From: Nemertoderma westbladi
Lineage: Eukaryota; Animalia; Xenacoelomorpha
Assembly: GCA_032718475.1 (NCBI GenBank)
Contig: JAUCBJ010003000.1
Coordinates: 1 to 32,020 of the forward strand
Direction of reading: 5' to 3'
DNA: 32,020 nt
Below the pieces are notes generated by a model that worked only from the letters and a program-made list of their open reading frames with translations, had not been told where the DNA came from and did no database searches. The first letter of the stretch is position 1, and each line of letters opens with the position of its first letter. Shown here in pieces: positions 1 through 12,900 of this stretch. Both the position numbers and the translations under genes were made by a program.

Positions 1-1868
1 ATGAGGACATTTGGACACACATGAGACATTTGGACACATATGAGACATTTGGGACACGCATGAGACATTTGGACACACATGAGACATTTGGACACATATG
101 AGACATTTGACACACATGAGACATTTGCACACACATGAGACATTTGGACACACATGAGACATTTGAACACACATGAGACATTTGGACACACATGAGACAT
201 TTGGACAAACATGAGACATTTGGGCACACATGAGACATTTGGGCACACCTGAGACATTTGGACACACATGAAACATTTGGACACACATGAGACATTTGGA
301 CACTCATGAGACATTTGCACACACATGAGACAATTGGACACACATGTTGGACACACGAGACATTTGAACACACATGAGGCAATTGCACACACATGAGACA
401 TTTGGACACACATGAGACATTTGGACACATATGAGACATTTGGACACGCATGAGACATTTGGACACACATGAGACATTTGGACACATATGAGACATTTGA
501 CACACATGAGACATTTGCACACACATGAGACATTTGGACACACATGAGACATTTGGACACACATGAGACATTTGGACACACATGAGGCATTTGCACACAC
601 ATGAAACATTTGGACACACATTATACATTTGGACGCATATGAGACATTTGGACACACATGAGACATTTGGACACACATTATACATTTGGACACATATGAG
701 ACATTTGGACACACATGAGACATTTGGACACACATGAGTCATTTGGACACATATGAGACATTTGACACACATGAGACATTTGCACACACATGAGACATTT
801 GGACACACATGAGACATTTGGACACACATGAGACATTTGGACACACATGAGGCATTTGCACACACATGAAACATTTGGACACACATGAGACATTTGGACA
901 CACATGATACATTTGGACACACATGAGACATTTGGACACACATGAGACATTTGGACACACATGAGACATTTGGACACACATGAGACAATTGCACACACAT
1001 GAGACATTTGGACACACATGAGACATTTGGGCACACGTGAGACATTTGGACACACATGGGACATTTGGACACACATGAGACATTTGGACACACATGAGAC
1101 ATTTGGACACAGATGAGACATTTGCACACACATGAGACATTTGGACACAGATGAGACATTTGCACACACATGAGACATTTGGACACACATGTTGGACAGA
1201 CGAGACATTTGGAAACACATGATACATTTGGACACACATGAGACATTTGGACACACATGAGACATTTGGACACACATGAGACATTTGGACACACATGAGA
1301 CATTTGCACACACATGAGACATTTGGACACACATGAGACATTTGGGCACACGTGAGACATTTGGACACACATGGGACATTTGGACACACATGAGACATTT
1401 GGACACACATGAGACATTTGGACACAGATGAGACATTTGCACACACATGAGACATTTGGACACACATGTTGGACAGACGAGACATTTGGACACACATGAG
1501 GCAATTGCACACACATGAGACATTTGGACACACATGAGACATTTGGACACACATTATACATTTGGACACACATGATACATTTGGACACACATGAGACATA
1601 TGGACACACATGAGACATATGGACACACATGAGACATTTGGACACACATGAGACATTTTGACATACATGTTGGACAGACGAGACATTTGGACACACATGA
1701 GGCAATTGCACACACATGAGACATTTGGACACACATGAGACATTTGGACACACATTATACATTTGGACACACATGATACATTTGGACACACATGAGACAT
1801 ATGGACACACATGAGACATATGGACACACATGAGACATTTGAACACACATGAGACATTTCAACACAGG
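1..1868. repeat. 19-bp tandem repeat (GAGACATTTGGACACACAT)n, about 98 copies visible, running to the window edge
   Basis: Unit read directly; produces the 19-aa-periodic Cys-rich pseudo-ORFs in all three minus frames. Confidence 0.97.
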
Positions 1869-1925
1869 TGATACATGATGAATTCCCAACCGCGTTACAT
1901 TCTGATTTTTTTTTATAGATGCCAG

Positions 1926-1951
1926 AGGTCACCATAGGTCGCGAGAGGTCA
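1926..1951 (+). promoter_or_regulatory. Candidate nuclear-receptor response element: AGGTCA-n4-AGGTCG-n4-AGGTCA (tandem DR4)
   Basis: AGGTCA ccat AGGTCG cgag AGGTCA read directly; function inferred only. Confidence 0.3.
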
Positions 1952-1991
1952 CCATTCAGTTACATTATCAAGGAACAAACTCACTACACTA

Positions 1992-2240
<249 letters not shown>

Positions 2241-2634
2241 CTAGGAGTAAGAACAATAATAATGTTTATTTTCTAACCTCGGAATTGTAACTATTATACT
2301 AAAAAAAACCGTTCAAATAGGCAATAGACGTATAATATAAATAATTGTAAGTAAGAAGCAACTGCGACTTAGACTTAAGTTTGGTGCCTCTTAGTAGATA
2401 AATGCTGTGGTGTATGAACCTAAATCATTAGCCTTTCCATCTAAATTTAATATTTCACTATCAGTGTAATTTCCAGGATTAGCCTCTTGAGCAATTGCAA
2501 GGCGAAACCTACCGGTGTGCTGAATGCGTTTGTTGAGCACTGCCTGCACGCCACATCGAGGTTATTAGTTAATAGTTATTTGAAAGATCATCAAAAATTC
2601 CATGAATTTCATAAAATTTAAAATATTTTAATAT

Positions 2635-3300
2635 GGGGGGGGGGGGGGGGGGGGTCAGAGCCCCCCCCCCCCCCCCCCCCTCTAATTTTTTTCAAATTTC
2701 AATAAAATGCTACGAAATTTGGTGTGATGATAGATCGACACCTTTTCTTACTAGTGCCCTGGTCGGATTTTTCAATTTCTCAGTTATTTCCATACAACAA
2801 TCCCTTAAAAAATGTCTGTTTAGCAATGTTTAACCACCTCCGTAGACTTTATTTTACGTCTTTGAAATGTAATCTAGATATCATTCGAAGCGCCATCGTC
2901 TGTAAATTCCGAATCTGAAAACCGTTTTAAATTTAACCAACAATTGGTAAAGATATTATCAAAATACTAATGTGTAAATTTAAAGACGTAAATCGCTATA
3001 ATTCTGATGTTTTGTTATCTTTATTCTAGAATATTAATAATTATTTAGCTGAGCGATTAAAACTCTCCGTCTTGTTTTTTCATTACCCATAATTAATATT
3101 CTAGAATTGAATAAAAAAAACATTAGAATTATAGCGATTTACGTCACAAAAATTTACACCTTAGCGCGAAATAGCTCATAAATTAAAAAATCCGACCAGG
3201 CCACCAGTAAGAAAAGGTGTCGATCTATCATCATACCAATTTTTGTAGCATTTTATTGAAATTTTAAAAAAATTAAGGGGTGGGGGGGCTCCGACCCCCT
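2635..3300. mobile_element. Non-autonomous foldback/MITE-like element with nested inverted repeats
   Basis: Outer arms about 2650-2780 vs 3180-3300 (e.g. tgatgatagatcgacaccttttcttact / agtaagaaaaggtgtcgatctatcatca); inner arms about 2972-3040 vs 3090-3159 (gacgtaaatcgctataattct / agaattatagcgatttacgtc); no coding capacity; no TSD identified. Confidence 0.75.
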
Positions 3301-3363
3301 CAAAATAGTTGTTGTATTAAGGGTTATGGTGTACTTCTTATTATAATTCTATATACTCCCAAC

Positions 3364-3588
3364 GACGAGGTAGCTAATTTGGTTGAGCGTTTGGACTACA
3401 ATCTATTGGTTGTGGGTTCGAATCCCTCCAGGGTCCACTCATCCCATGTGGTCGATAAAATAAGAACAATTCAACTACTGGGAGCAAAACTTGTAATAGG
3501 AGTAGCGCCCACCAATACCTTCGAGTAAGAGGAAAGAGGAGTATTCAGGTCGCCTCCGGCCTAGGCCGACTGCTTGCTTGCTTGCTTA
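3364..3588 (+). mobile_element. tRNA-derived SINE with (TGCT)n tail
   Basis: Pol III A-box-like tagctaatttgg and B-box ggttcgaatcc at tRNA spacing, followed by a non-tRNA body (ggtcgataaaataag) and tail tgcttgcttgcttgctt. Confidence 0.75.
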
Positions 3589-3651
3589 TTTACTGTTAAA
3601 TAATTCTATTTATGATTCTCTTTGTGATATAATAACTGAGTTGTAGGTTAC

Positions 3652-3787
3652 CTGATCCTGTATCTGTAGATCTGGGAAATATGGGATGTTCCTGGCCCAT
3701 TCCACAGCTGAGAACAACAACCTCGCTGCCATCTCGCAAATATTCTCAATACCCATTAAGTTGGGCTGCATACATTGCGCACCGTAC
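3652..3787 (-). CDS. NR2F: NR2F exon: ligand-binding domain, helix 3-4 region
   Basis: [45 protein letters not shown]; ttcgcag|G and CAG|gtaacc; 136 nt. Confidence 0.97.
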
Positions 3788-4087
3788 CTGCGAATGCACA
3801 ATAAATATATTTTATACTGTTTTATACTGTGTTATTCGAAACTTGGCCCATCATTATTTATAATTAACCCTGCAGGTAATTTAAATATTATAAATATTAT
3901 GTACAGCAGTGCGAAGTGATCTGGTCCCTGCCGCCACACCCCCATGTGACAGTGTGACAGACACATGGAACTCCCTTCGCGAAGTTTATTGACTCCGTTG
4001 TCCGATAAGATAAACCCAACAATCCAGTCAGAGAACGGTTAGAGAACAGAAAATGGTTTGTTTATGGCGTCATATGTTAAAACATAA

Positions 4088-5895
4088 ATGTATACTGCAA
4101 AGGTACACGGTTCCACGGTGGGGTATTTACAAGTACCAGTACCTGGACCAATGTATACTGCGAAGGTGCCCGGTTCCACGGTGCGGTACTTACAAGTACC
4201 AGTACCGGTACCAATGTATACTGCGAAGGTGCCCGGTTCCACGGTGTGGTACTTACAAGTACCAGTACCGGTACCAATGTATACTGCGAAGGTGCCCGGT
4301 TCCACGGTTTGGTACTACTTACAAGTACCAGTACCGGTACCAATGTATACTGCGAAGGTGCCCGGTTCCACGGTGCGGTACTTACAAGTACCAGTACCGG
4401 TACCAATGTATACTGCGAAGGTGCCCGGTTCCACGGTGTGGTACTCTTACAAGTACCAGTACCGGTACCAATGTATACTGCGAAGGTGCCCGGTTCACGG
4501 TGTGGTACTTACAAGTACCAGTATCGGTACCAATGTATACTGTAAAGGTACCCGGTTCATCGGTGCGGTACTTACAAGTACCAGTACCGGTACCAATGTA
4601 TACTGCGAAGGTGCCCGGTTCCACGGTTTGGTACTACTTACAAGTACCAGTACCGGCACCAATGTATACTGTAAAGGTACCCGGTTCATCGGTGCGGTAC
4701 TTACAAGTACCAGTACCGGTACCAATGTATACTGCGAAGGTGCCCGGTTCCACGGTTTGGTACTACTTACAAGTACCAGTACCGGCACCAATGTATACTG
4801 CGAAGGTGTCCGGTTCACGGTGTGGTACTTACAAGTACCAGTATCGGTACCAATGTATACTGCGAAGGTGCCCGGTTCCACGGTGTGGTACTTACAAGTA
4901 CCAGTACCGGTACCAATGTATAATCCGAAGGTACCAGGTTCCACGGTGAGGTACTTACAAGTACCAGTACCGGTACCAATGTATACTGCGAAGATGCCCG
5001 GTTCCACGGTGTGGTACTTAGAAGTACCAGTACCGGTACCAATGTATACTGCGACGGTACCTGGTTCCACGGTGGGGTATTTACAAGTACCAGTACCGGT
5101 ACCAATGTATACTGCGAAGGTGCCCGGTTCCACGGTGTGGTACTTAGAAGTACCAGTACCGGTACCAATGTATACTGCGACGGTGCCCGGTTCTACGGTG
5201 TGGCATTTACAAGTACCAGTACCGGTACCAATGTATACTGCGAAGGTACCCGGTTCCACGGTGCGGTACTTACAAGTACCAGTACCGGTACCAATGTATA
5301 CTGCGAAGGTGCCCGGTTCCACGGTGTGGTACTTAGAAGTACCAGTACCGGTACCAATGTATACTGCGACGGTGCCCGGTTCTACGGTGTGGCATTTACA
5401 AGTACCAGTACCGGTACCAATGTATACTGCGAAGATGCCCGGTTCCACGGTTTGGTACTACTTACAATTACCAGTACCGGTACCAATGTATACTGCGAAG
5501 GTGCCCGGTTCCACGGTTTGGTACTACTTACAAGTACCAGTACCAGTACCAGTACCAATGTATACTGCGAAGGTGCCCGGTTCCACGGTGTGGTACTTAC
5601 AAGTACCAGTACCGGTACCAATGTATACTGCGAAGGTGCCCGGTTCCACGGTGTGGTACTTACAAGTACCAGTACCGGTACCAATGTATACTGCGAAGGT
5701 GCCCGGTTCCACGGTGTGGTACTTACAAGTACCAGTACCGGTACCAATGTATACTGGGAAGGTGCCCGGTTCCACGGTGTGGTACTACTTACAATTACCA
5801 GTACCGGTACCAATGTATACTGCGAAGGTGCCCGGTTCCACGGTTTGGTACTACTTACAAGTACCAGTACCAGTACCAATATACTGGCAGTGCGA
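4088..5895. repeat. 63-bp minisatellite, about 28 copies (ATGTATACTGCGAAGGTGCCCGGTTCCACGGTGTGGTACTTACAAGTACCAGTACCGGTACCA)
   Basis: Period 63 (4151 to 4214), with 62/65/66-bp variants (TAC insertion, single C loss). Confidence 0.97.
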
Positions 5896-6962
5896 AGGTA
5901 GCGGTTCCTCAGTAACAATGACATAAAAGCGCAGATTATCAGATCGTGCTGTTGAAATAGGCTAATAATGGCGAACAACTCCAATGTATACTTAGCTTTT
6001 TCTCATCACGATCTTTCTCATTCAACTCGGTTTGATATAATGTGCCTACAGTAGGTTTACAACATTAACATACCACGACGGCTAGTTCAATACTAATCTG
6101 GTAAATACAACATATGTCGCCAGTGTTAATCCCCAGTTTGTATTTAGTGTATGTATACAGTTGTCGTAGGCAATGGCCTAATTATAATATCAACAAAGTG
6201 TGTGGTTTTATTGGGTTTAGGAGTAATATAAAGCAAACCTGAAACCTACAGAATAAATCCTACAGAACAATCAATACTTTATACGGCACAAAAATGAAAT
6301 CATACGAAGAAAGAGAATCAATAGATCTTGTTTTTATCGAATGGCCAACCATCGTAGCGTAGTGTAATTAATTATTTTAATTAATTAACAATTTTCGCTA
6401 CATGGTTTTACTTGTTGGGGATTATCTAATTTCAGTTTGTCAGTCCTCCAAACTATTATAAAGCACAAATCCAGGAAGTTATTAATTTCTGATGTCAATT
6501 TTACTATTTTGTGAAATCTATTTTGTAGGTCGCTCTGACCTTCAAAATATATTCCAGCAGGAAAAAGAGGCAGAGACAATTACGATGATTTTTTATTGAA
6601 ATATTATGTAACCCTGTAGAGTATGAGTATAAAATGTTTAACTTTTTACGTCCGGTGAGATGACATATGAGTTAGAATATTGTCAGAAAGTGCGACCTGA
6701 CTACAGACTACGAGCTAAGAAGATTATCGAATTAATTGAGAAATCGAGAATCTTCGTTTAACTGGAACCAAGTTTTATTCGAGGAGAACCGTCCTTCCTT
6801 CCACAATGCCGCTAGGGGAACCCGAGATACCCGGTGCAGATTTACACCTTACTGATGTGAACCGCACTGAATGGCTAGTTTGACCGAAAAGAGAAATCTG
6901 GTATTCTTCAAATGGGCGGAATGGCTGCATAGTGGATACTAAGAGATTCACGGTGAAAATCA

Positions 6963-9900
6963 TTCGTTATACTTTGCAACTCTGTTTCGGGAACTGTAAG
7001 GTTTTGTGTGTCGTTCGTTATACTTTGCAACTCTGTTTCGGGAACTGTAAGGTTTTGTGTGTCGTTCGTCATACTTTGCAACTCTGTTTCGGGAACTGTA
7101 AGGTTTTGTGTGTCGTTCGTTATACTTTGCAACTCTGTTTCGGGAACTGTAAGGTTTTGTGTGTCGTTCGTTATACTTTGCAACTCTGTTTCGGGAACTG
7201 TAAGGTTTTGTGTGTCGTTCGTTATACTTTGCAACTCTGTTTCGGGAACTGTAAGGTTTTGTGTGTTGTTCGTTATACTTTGCAACTCTGTTTCGGGAAC
7301 TGTAAGGTTTTGTGTGTCGTTCGTTATACTTTTCAACTCTGTTTCGGGAACTGTAAGGTTTTGTGTGTCGTTCGTTATACTTTGCAACTCTGTTTCGGGA
7401 ACTGTAAGGTTTTGTGTGTCGTTCGTTATACTTTGCAACTCTGTTTCGGGAACTGTAAGGTTTTGTGTGTCGTTCGTTATACTTTTCAACTCTGTTTCGG
7501 GAACTGTAAGGTTTTGTGTGTCGTTCGTTATACTTTGCAACTCTGTTTCGGGAACTGTAAGGTTTTGTGTGTCGTTCGTTATACTTTGCAACTCTGTTTC
7601 GGGAACTGTAAGGTTTTGTGTGTCGTTCGTTATACTTTGCAACTCTGTTTCGGGAACTGTAAGGTTTTGTGTGTCGTTCGTTATACTTTGCAACTCTGTT
7701 TCGGGAACTGTAAGGTTTTGTGTGTCGTTCGCTATACTTTGCAACTCTGTTTCGGGAACTGTAAGGTTTTGTGTGTCGTTCGTTATACTTTGCAACTCTG
7801 TTTCGGGAACTGTAAGGTTTTGTGTGTCGTTCGTTATACTTTGCAACTCTGTTTCGGGAACTGTAAGGTTTTGTGTGTCGTTCGCTATACTTTGCAACTC
7901 TGTTTCGGGAACTGTAAGGTTTTGTGTGTCGTTCGTTATACTTTGCAACTCTGTTTCGGGAACTGTAAGGTTTTGTGTGCCGTTCGTTATACTTTGCAAC
8001 TCTGTTTCGGGAACTGTAAGGTTTTGTGTGTCGTTCGTTATACTTTGCAACTCTGTTTCGGGAACTGTAAGGTTTTGTGTGTCGTTCGTTATACTTTGCA
8101 ACTCTGTTTCGGGAACTGTAAGGTTTTGTGTGTCGTTCGTTATACTTTGCAACTCTGTTTCGGGAACTGTAAGGTTTTGTGTGTCGTTCGCTATACTTTG
8201 CAACTCTGTTTCGGGAACTGTAAGGTTTTGTGTGTCGTTCGTTATACTTTGCAACTCTGTTTCGGGAACTGTAAGGTTTTGTGTGCCGTTCGTTATACTT
8301 TGCAACTCTGTTTCGGGAAATGTAAGGTTTTGTGTGTCGTTCGTTATACTTTGCAACTCTGTTTCGGGAACTGTAAGGTTTTGTGTGTCGTTCGTTATAC
8401 TTTGCAACTCTGTTTCGGGAACTGTAAGGTTTTGTGTGCCGTTCGTTATTCTTTGCAACTCTGTTTCGGAAACTGTAAGGTTTTGTGTGTCGTTCGCTAT
8501 ACTTTGCAACTCTGTTTCGGGAACTGTAAGGTTTTGTGTGTCGTTCGTTATTCTTTGCAACTCTGTTTCGGGAACTGTAAGGTTTTGTGTGTCGTTCGTT
8601 ATACTTTGCAACTCTGTTTCGGGAACTGTAAGGTTTTGTGTGTCGTTCGTTATACTTTGCAACTCTGTTTCGGGAACTGTAAGGTTTTGTGTGTCGTTCG
8701 CTATACTTTGCAATTCTGTTTCGGGAACTGTAAGGTTTTGTGTGTCGTTCGTTATACTTTGCAACTCTGTTTCGGGAACTGTAAGGATTTATGTGTCGTT
8801 CGTTATACTTTGCAACTCTGTTTCGGGAACTGTAAGGTTTTGTGTGTCGTTCGCTATACTTTGCAACTCTGTTTCGGGAACTGTAAGGTTTTGTGTGTCG
8901 TTCGCTATACTTTGCAACTCTGTTTTGGGGACTGTAAGGTTTTGTGTGTCGTTCGTTATTCTTTGCAACTCTGTTTCGGGAACTGTAAGGTTTTGTGTGT
9001 CGTTCGTTATACTTTGCAACTCTGTTTCGGGAACTGTAAGGTTTTGTGTGTCGTTCGCTATACTTTGCAACTCTGTTTCGGGAACTGTAAGGTTTTGTGT
9101 GTCGTTCGTTATACTTTGCAACTCTGTTTCGGGAACTGTAAGGTTTTGTGTGTCGTTCGTTATACTTTGCAACTCTGTTTCGGGAACTGTAAGGATTTAT
9201 GTGTCGTTCGTTATACTTTGCAACTCTGTTTCGGGAACTGTAAGGTTTTGTGTGTCGTTCGCTATACTTTGCAACTCTGTTTCGGGAACTGTAAGGTTTT
9301 GTGTGTCGTTCGCTATACTTTGCAACTCTGTTTCGGGGACTGTAAGGTTTTGTGTGTCGTTCGTTATTCTTTGCAACTCTGTTTCGGGAACTGTAAGGTT
9401 TTGTGTGTCGTTCGTTATACTTTGCAACTCTGTTTCGGGAACTGTAAGGTTTTGTGTGTCGTTCGCTATACTTTGCAACTCTGTTTCGGGAACTGTAAGG
9501 TTTTGTGTGTCGTTCGTTATACTTTGCAACTCTGTTTCGGGAACTGTAAGGTTTTGTGTGTCGTTCGTTATACTTTGAAACTCTGTTTCGGGAACTGTAA
9601 GGTTTTGTGTGCCGTTCGTTATACTTTGCAACTCTGTTTCGGGAACTGTAAGGTTTTGTGTGTCGTTCGTTATACTTTGCAACTCTGTTTCGGGAACTGT
9701 AAGGTTTTGTGTGTCGTTCGTTATACTTTGCAACTCTGTTTCGGGAACTGTAAGGTTTTGTGTGTCGTTCGTTATACTTTGCAACTCTGTTTCGGGAACT
9801 GTAAGGTTTTGTGTGTCGTTCGCTATACTTTGCAACTCTGTTTCGGGAACTGTAAGGTTTTGTGTGTCGTTCGTTATACTTTGCAACTCTGTTTCGGGAA

Positions 9901-12900
9901 CTGTAAGGTTTTGTGTGCCGTTCGTTATACTTTGCAACTCTGTTTCGGGAAATGTAAGGTTTTGTGTGTCGTTCGTTATACTTTGCAACTCTGTTTCGGG
10001 AACTGTAAGGTTTTGTGTGTCGTTCGTTATACTTTGCAACTCTGTTTCGGGAACTGTAAGGTTTTGTGTGCCGTTCGTTATTCTTTGCAACTCTGTTTCG
10101 GAAACTGTAAGGTTTTGTGTGTCGTTCGCTATACTTTGCAACTCTGTTTCGGGAACTGTAAGGTTTTGTGTGTCGTTCGTTATTCTTTGCAACTCTGTTT
10201 CGGGAACTGTAAGGTTTTGTGTGTCGTTCGTTATACTTTGCAACTCTGTTTCGGGAACTGTAAGGTTTTGTGTGTCGTTCGTTATACTTTGCAACTCTGT
10301 TTCGGGAACTGTAAGGTTTTGTGTGTCGTTCGCTATACTTTGCAATTCTGTTTCGGGAACTGTAAGGTTTTGTGTGTCGTTCGTTATACTTTGCAACTCT
10401 GTTTCGGGAACTGTAAGGATTTATGTGTCGTTCGTTATACTTTGCAACTCTGTTTCGGGAACTGTAAGGTTTTGTGTGTCGTTCGCTATACTTTGCAACT
10501 CTGTTTCGGGAACTGTAAGGTTTTGTGTGTCGTTCGCTATACTTTGCAACTCTGTTTTGGGGACTGTAAGGTTTTGTGTGTCGTTCGTTATTCTTTGCAA
10601 CTCTGTTTCGGGAACTGTAAGGTTTTGTGTGTCGTTCGTTATACTTTGCAACTCTGTTTCGGGAACTGTAAGGTTTTGTGTGTCGTTCGCTATACTTTGC
10701 AACTCTGTTTCGGGAACTGTAAGGTTTTGTGTGTCGTTCGTTATACTTTGCAACTCTGTTTCGGGAACTGTAAGGTTTTGTGTGTCGTTCGTTATACTTT
10801 GCAACTCTGTTTCGGGAACTGTAAGGATTTATGTGTCGTTCGTTATACTTTGCAACTCTGTTTCGGGAACTGTAAGGTTTTGTGTGTCGTTCGCTATACT
10901 TTGCAACTCTGTTTCGGGAACTGTAAGGTTTTGTGTGTTGTTCGTTATACTTTGCAACTCTGTTTCGGGAACTGTAAGGATTTATGTGTCGTTCGTTATA
11001 CTTTGCAACTCTGTTTCGGGAACTGTAAGGTTTTGTGTGTCGTTCGCTATACTTTGCAACTCTGTTTCGGGAACTGTAAGGTTTTGTGTGTCGTTCGCTA
11101 TACTTTGCAACTCTGTTTCGGGGACTGTAAGGTTTTGTGTGTCGTTCGTTATTCTTTGCAACTCTGTTTCGGGAACTGTAAGGTTTTGTGTGTCGTTCGT
11201 TATACTTTGCAACTCTGTTTCGGGAACTGTAAGGTTTTGTGTGTCGTTCGCTATACTTTGCAACTCTGTTTCGGGAACTGTAAGGTTTTGTGTGTCGTTC
11301 GTTATACTTTGCAACTCTGTTTCGGGAACTGTAAGGTTTTGTGTGTCGTTCGTTATACTTTGAAACTCTGTTTCGGGAACTGTAAGGTTTTGTGTGTCGT
11401 TCGTTATTCTTTGCAACTCTGTTTCGGGAACTGTAAGGTTTTGTGTGTCGTTCGTTATACTTTGCAACTCTGTTTCGGGAACTGTAAGGTTTTGTGTGTC
11501 GTTCGTCATACTTTGCAACTCTGTTTCGGGAACTGTAAGGTTTTGTGTGTCGTTCGTTATACTTTGCAACTCTGTTTCGGGAACTGTAAGGTTTTGTGTG
11601 TCGTTCGCTATACTTTGCAACTCTGTTTCGGGAACTGTAAGGTTTTGTGTGTCGTTCGTTATACTTTGCAACTCTGTTTCGGGAACTGTAAGGTTTTGTG
11701 TGTCGTTCGCTATACTTTGCAACTCTGTTTCGGGAACTGTAAGGTTTTATGTGTCGTTCGTTATACTTTGCAACTGTTTCGGGAACTGTAAGGTTTTGTG
11801 TGCCGTTCGTTATACTTTGCAACTCTGTTTCGGGAACTGTAAGGTTTTGTGTGTCGTTCGTTATACTTTGCAACTCTGTTTCGGGAACTGTAAGGTTTTA
11901 TGTGTCGTTCGTTATACTTTGCAACTGTTTCGGGAACTGTAAGGTTTTGTGTGCCGTTCGTTATACTTTGCAACTCTGTTTCGGGAACTGTAAGGTTTTG
12001 TGTGTCGTTCGTTATACTTTGCAACTCTGTTTCGGGAACTGTAAGGTTTTGTGTGTCGTTCGCTATACTTTGCAACTCTGTTTCGGGAACTGTAAGGTTT
12101 TGTGTGTCGTTCGTTATACTTTGCAACTCTGTTTCGGGAACTGTAAGGTTTTGTGTGTCGTTCGCTATACTTTGCAACTCTGTTTCGGGAACTGTAAGGT
12201 TTTGTGTGTCGTTCGTTATACTTTGCAACTCTGTTTCGGGAACTGTAAGGTTTTGTGTGTCGTTCGCTATACTTTGCAACTCTGTTTCGGGAACTGTAAG
12301 GTTTTGTGTGTCGTTCGTTATACTTTGCAACTCTGTTTCGGGAACTGTAAGGTTTTGTGTGTCGTTCGTTATACTTTGCAACTCTGTTTCGGGAACTGTA
12401 AGGTTTTGTGTGTCGTTCGTTATACTTTGCAACTCTGTTTCGGGAAATGTAAGGTTTTGTGTGTCGTTCGTTATACTTTGCAACTCTGTTTCGGGAACTG
12501 TAAGGTTTTGTGTGTCGTTCGCTATACTTTGCAACTCTGTTTCGGGAACTGTAAGGTTTTGTGTGTTGTTCGTTATACTTTGCAACTCTGTTTCGGGAAC
12601 TGTAAGGTTTTGTGTGTCGTTCGTTATACTTTGCAACTCTGTTTCGGGAACTGTAAGGTTTTGTGTGTCGTTCGTTATACTTTGCAGCTCTGTTTCGGGA
12701 ACTGTAAGGTTTTGTGTGTCGTTCGTTATACTTTGCAACTCTGTTTCGGGAACTGTAAGGTTTTGTGTGTCGTTCGTTATACTTTGCAACTCTGTTTCGG
12801 GAACTGTAAGGTTTTGTGTGTCGTTCGTTATACTTTGCAACTCTGTTTCGGGAACTGTAAGGTTTTGTGTGTCGTTCGCTATACTTTGCAACTCTGTTTC

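Noticed and set aside
304-1935. Cys-rich metallothionein- or keratin-associated-like ORFs
   Set aside because: The same 19-aa peptide appears in all three minus frames because of the 19-bp period; this is a repeat artefact.
3364-3436. Functional tRNA gene
   Set aside because: A and B boxes are present, but the acceptor stem does not pair well and the sequence runs into a SINE-like body and tandem tail.
4039-5984. Repetitive ORFs (MYTAKVPGSTVWYLQVPVPVP etc.)
   Set aside because: These are translations of the 63-bp minisatellite; 1-2 bp indels switch frames freely.
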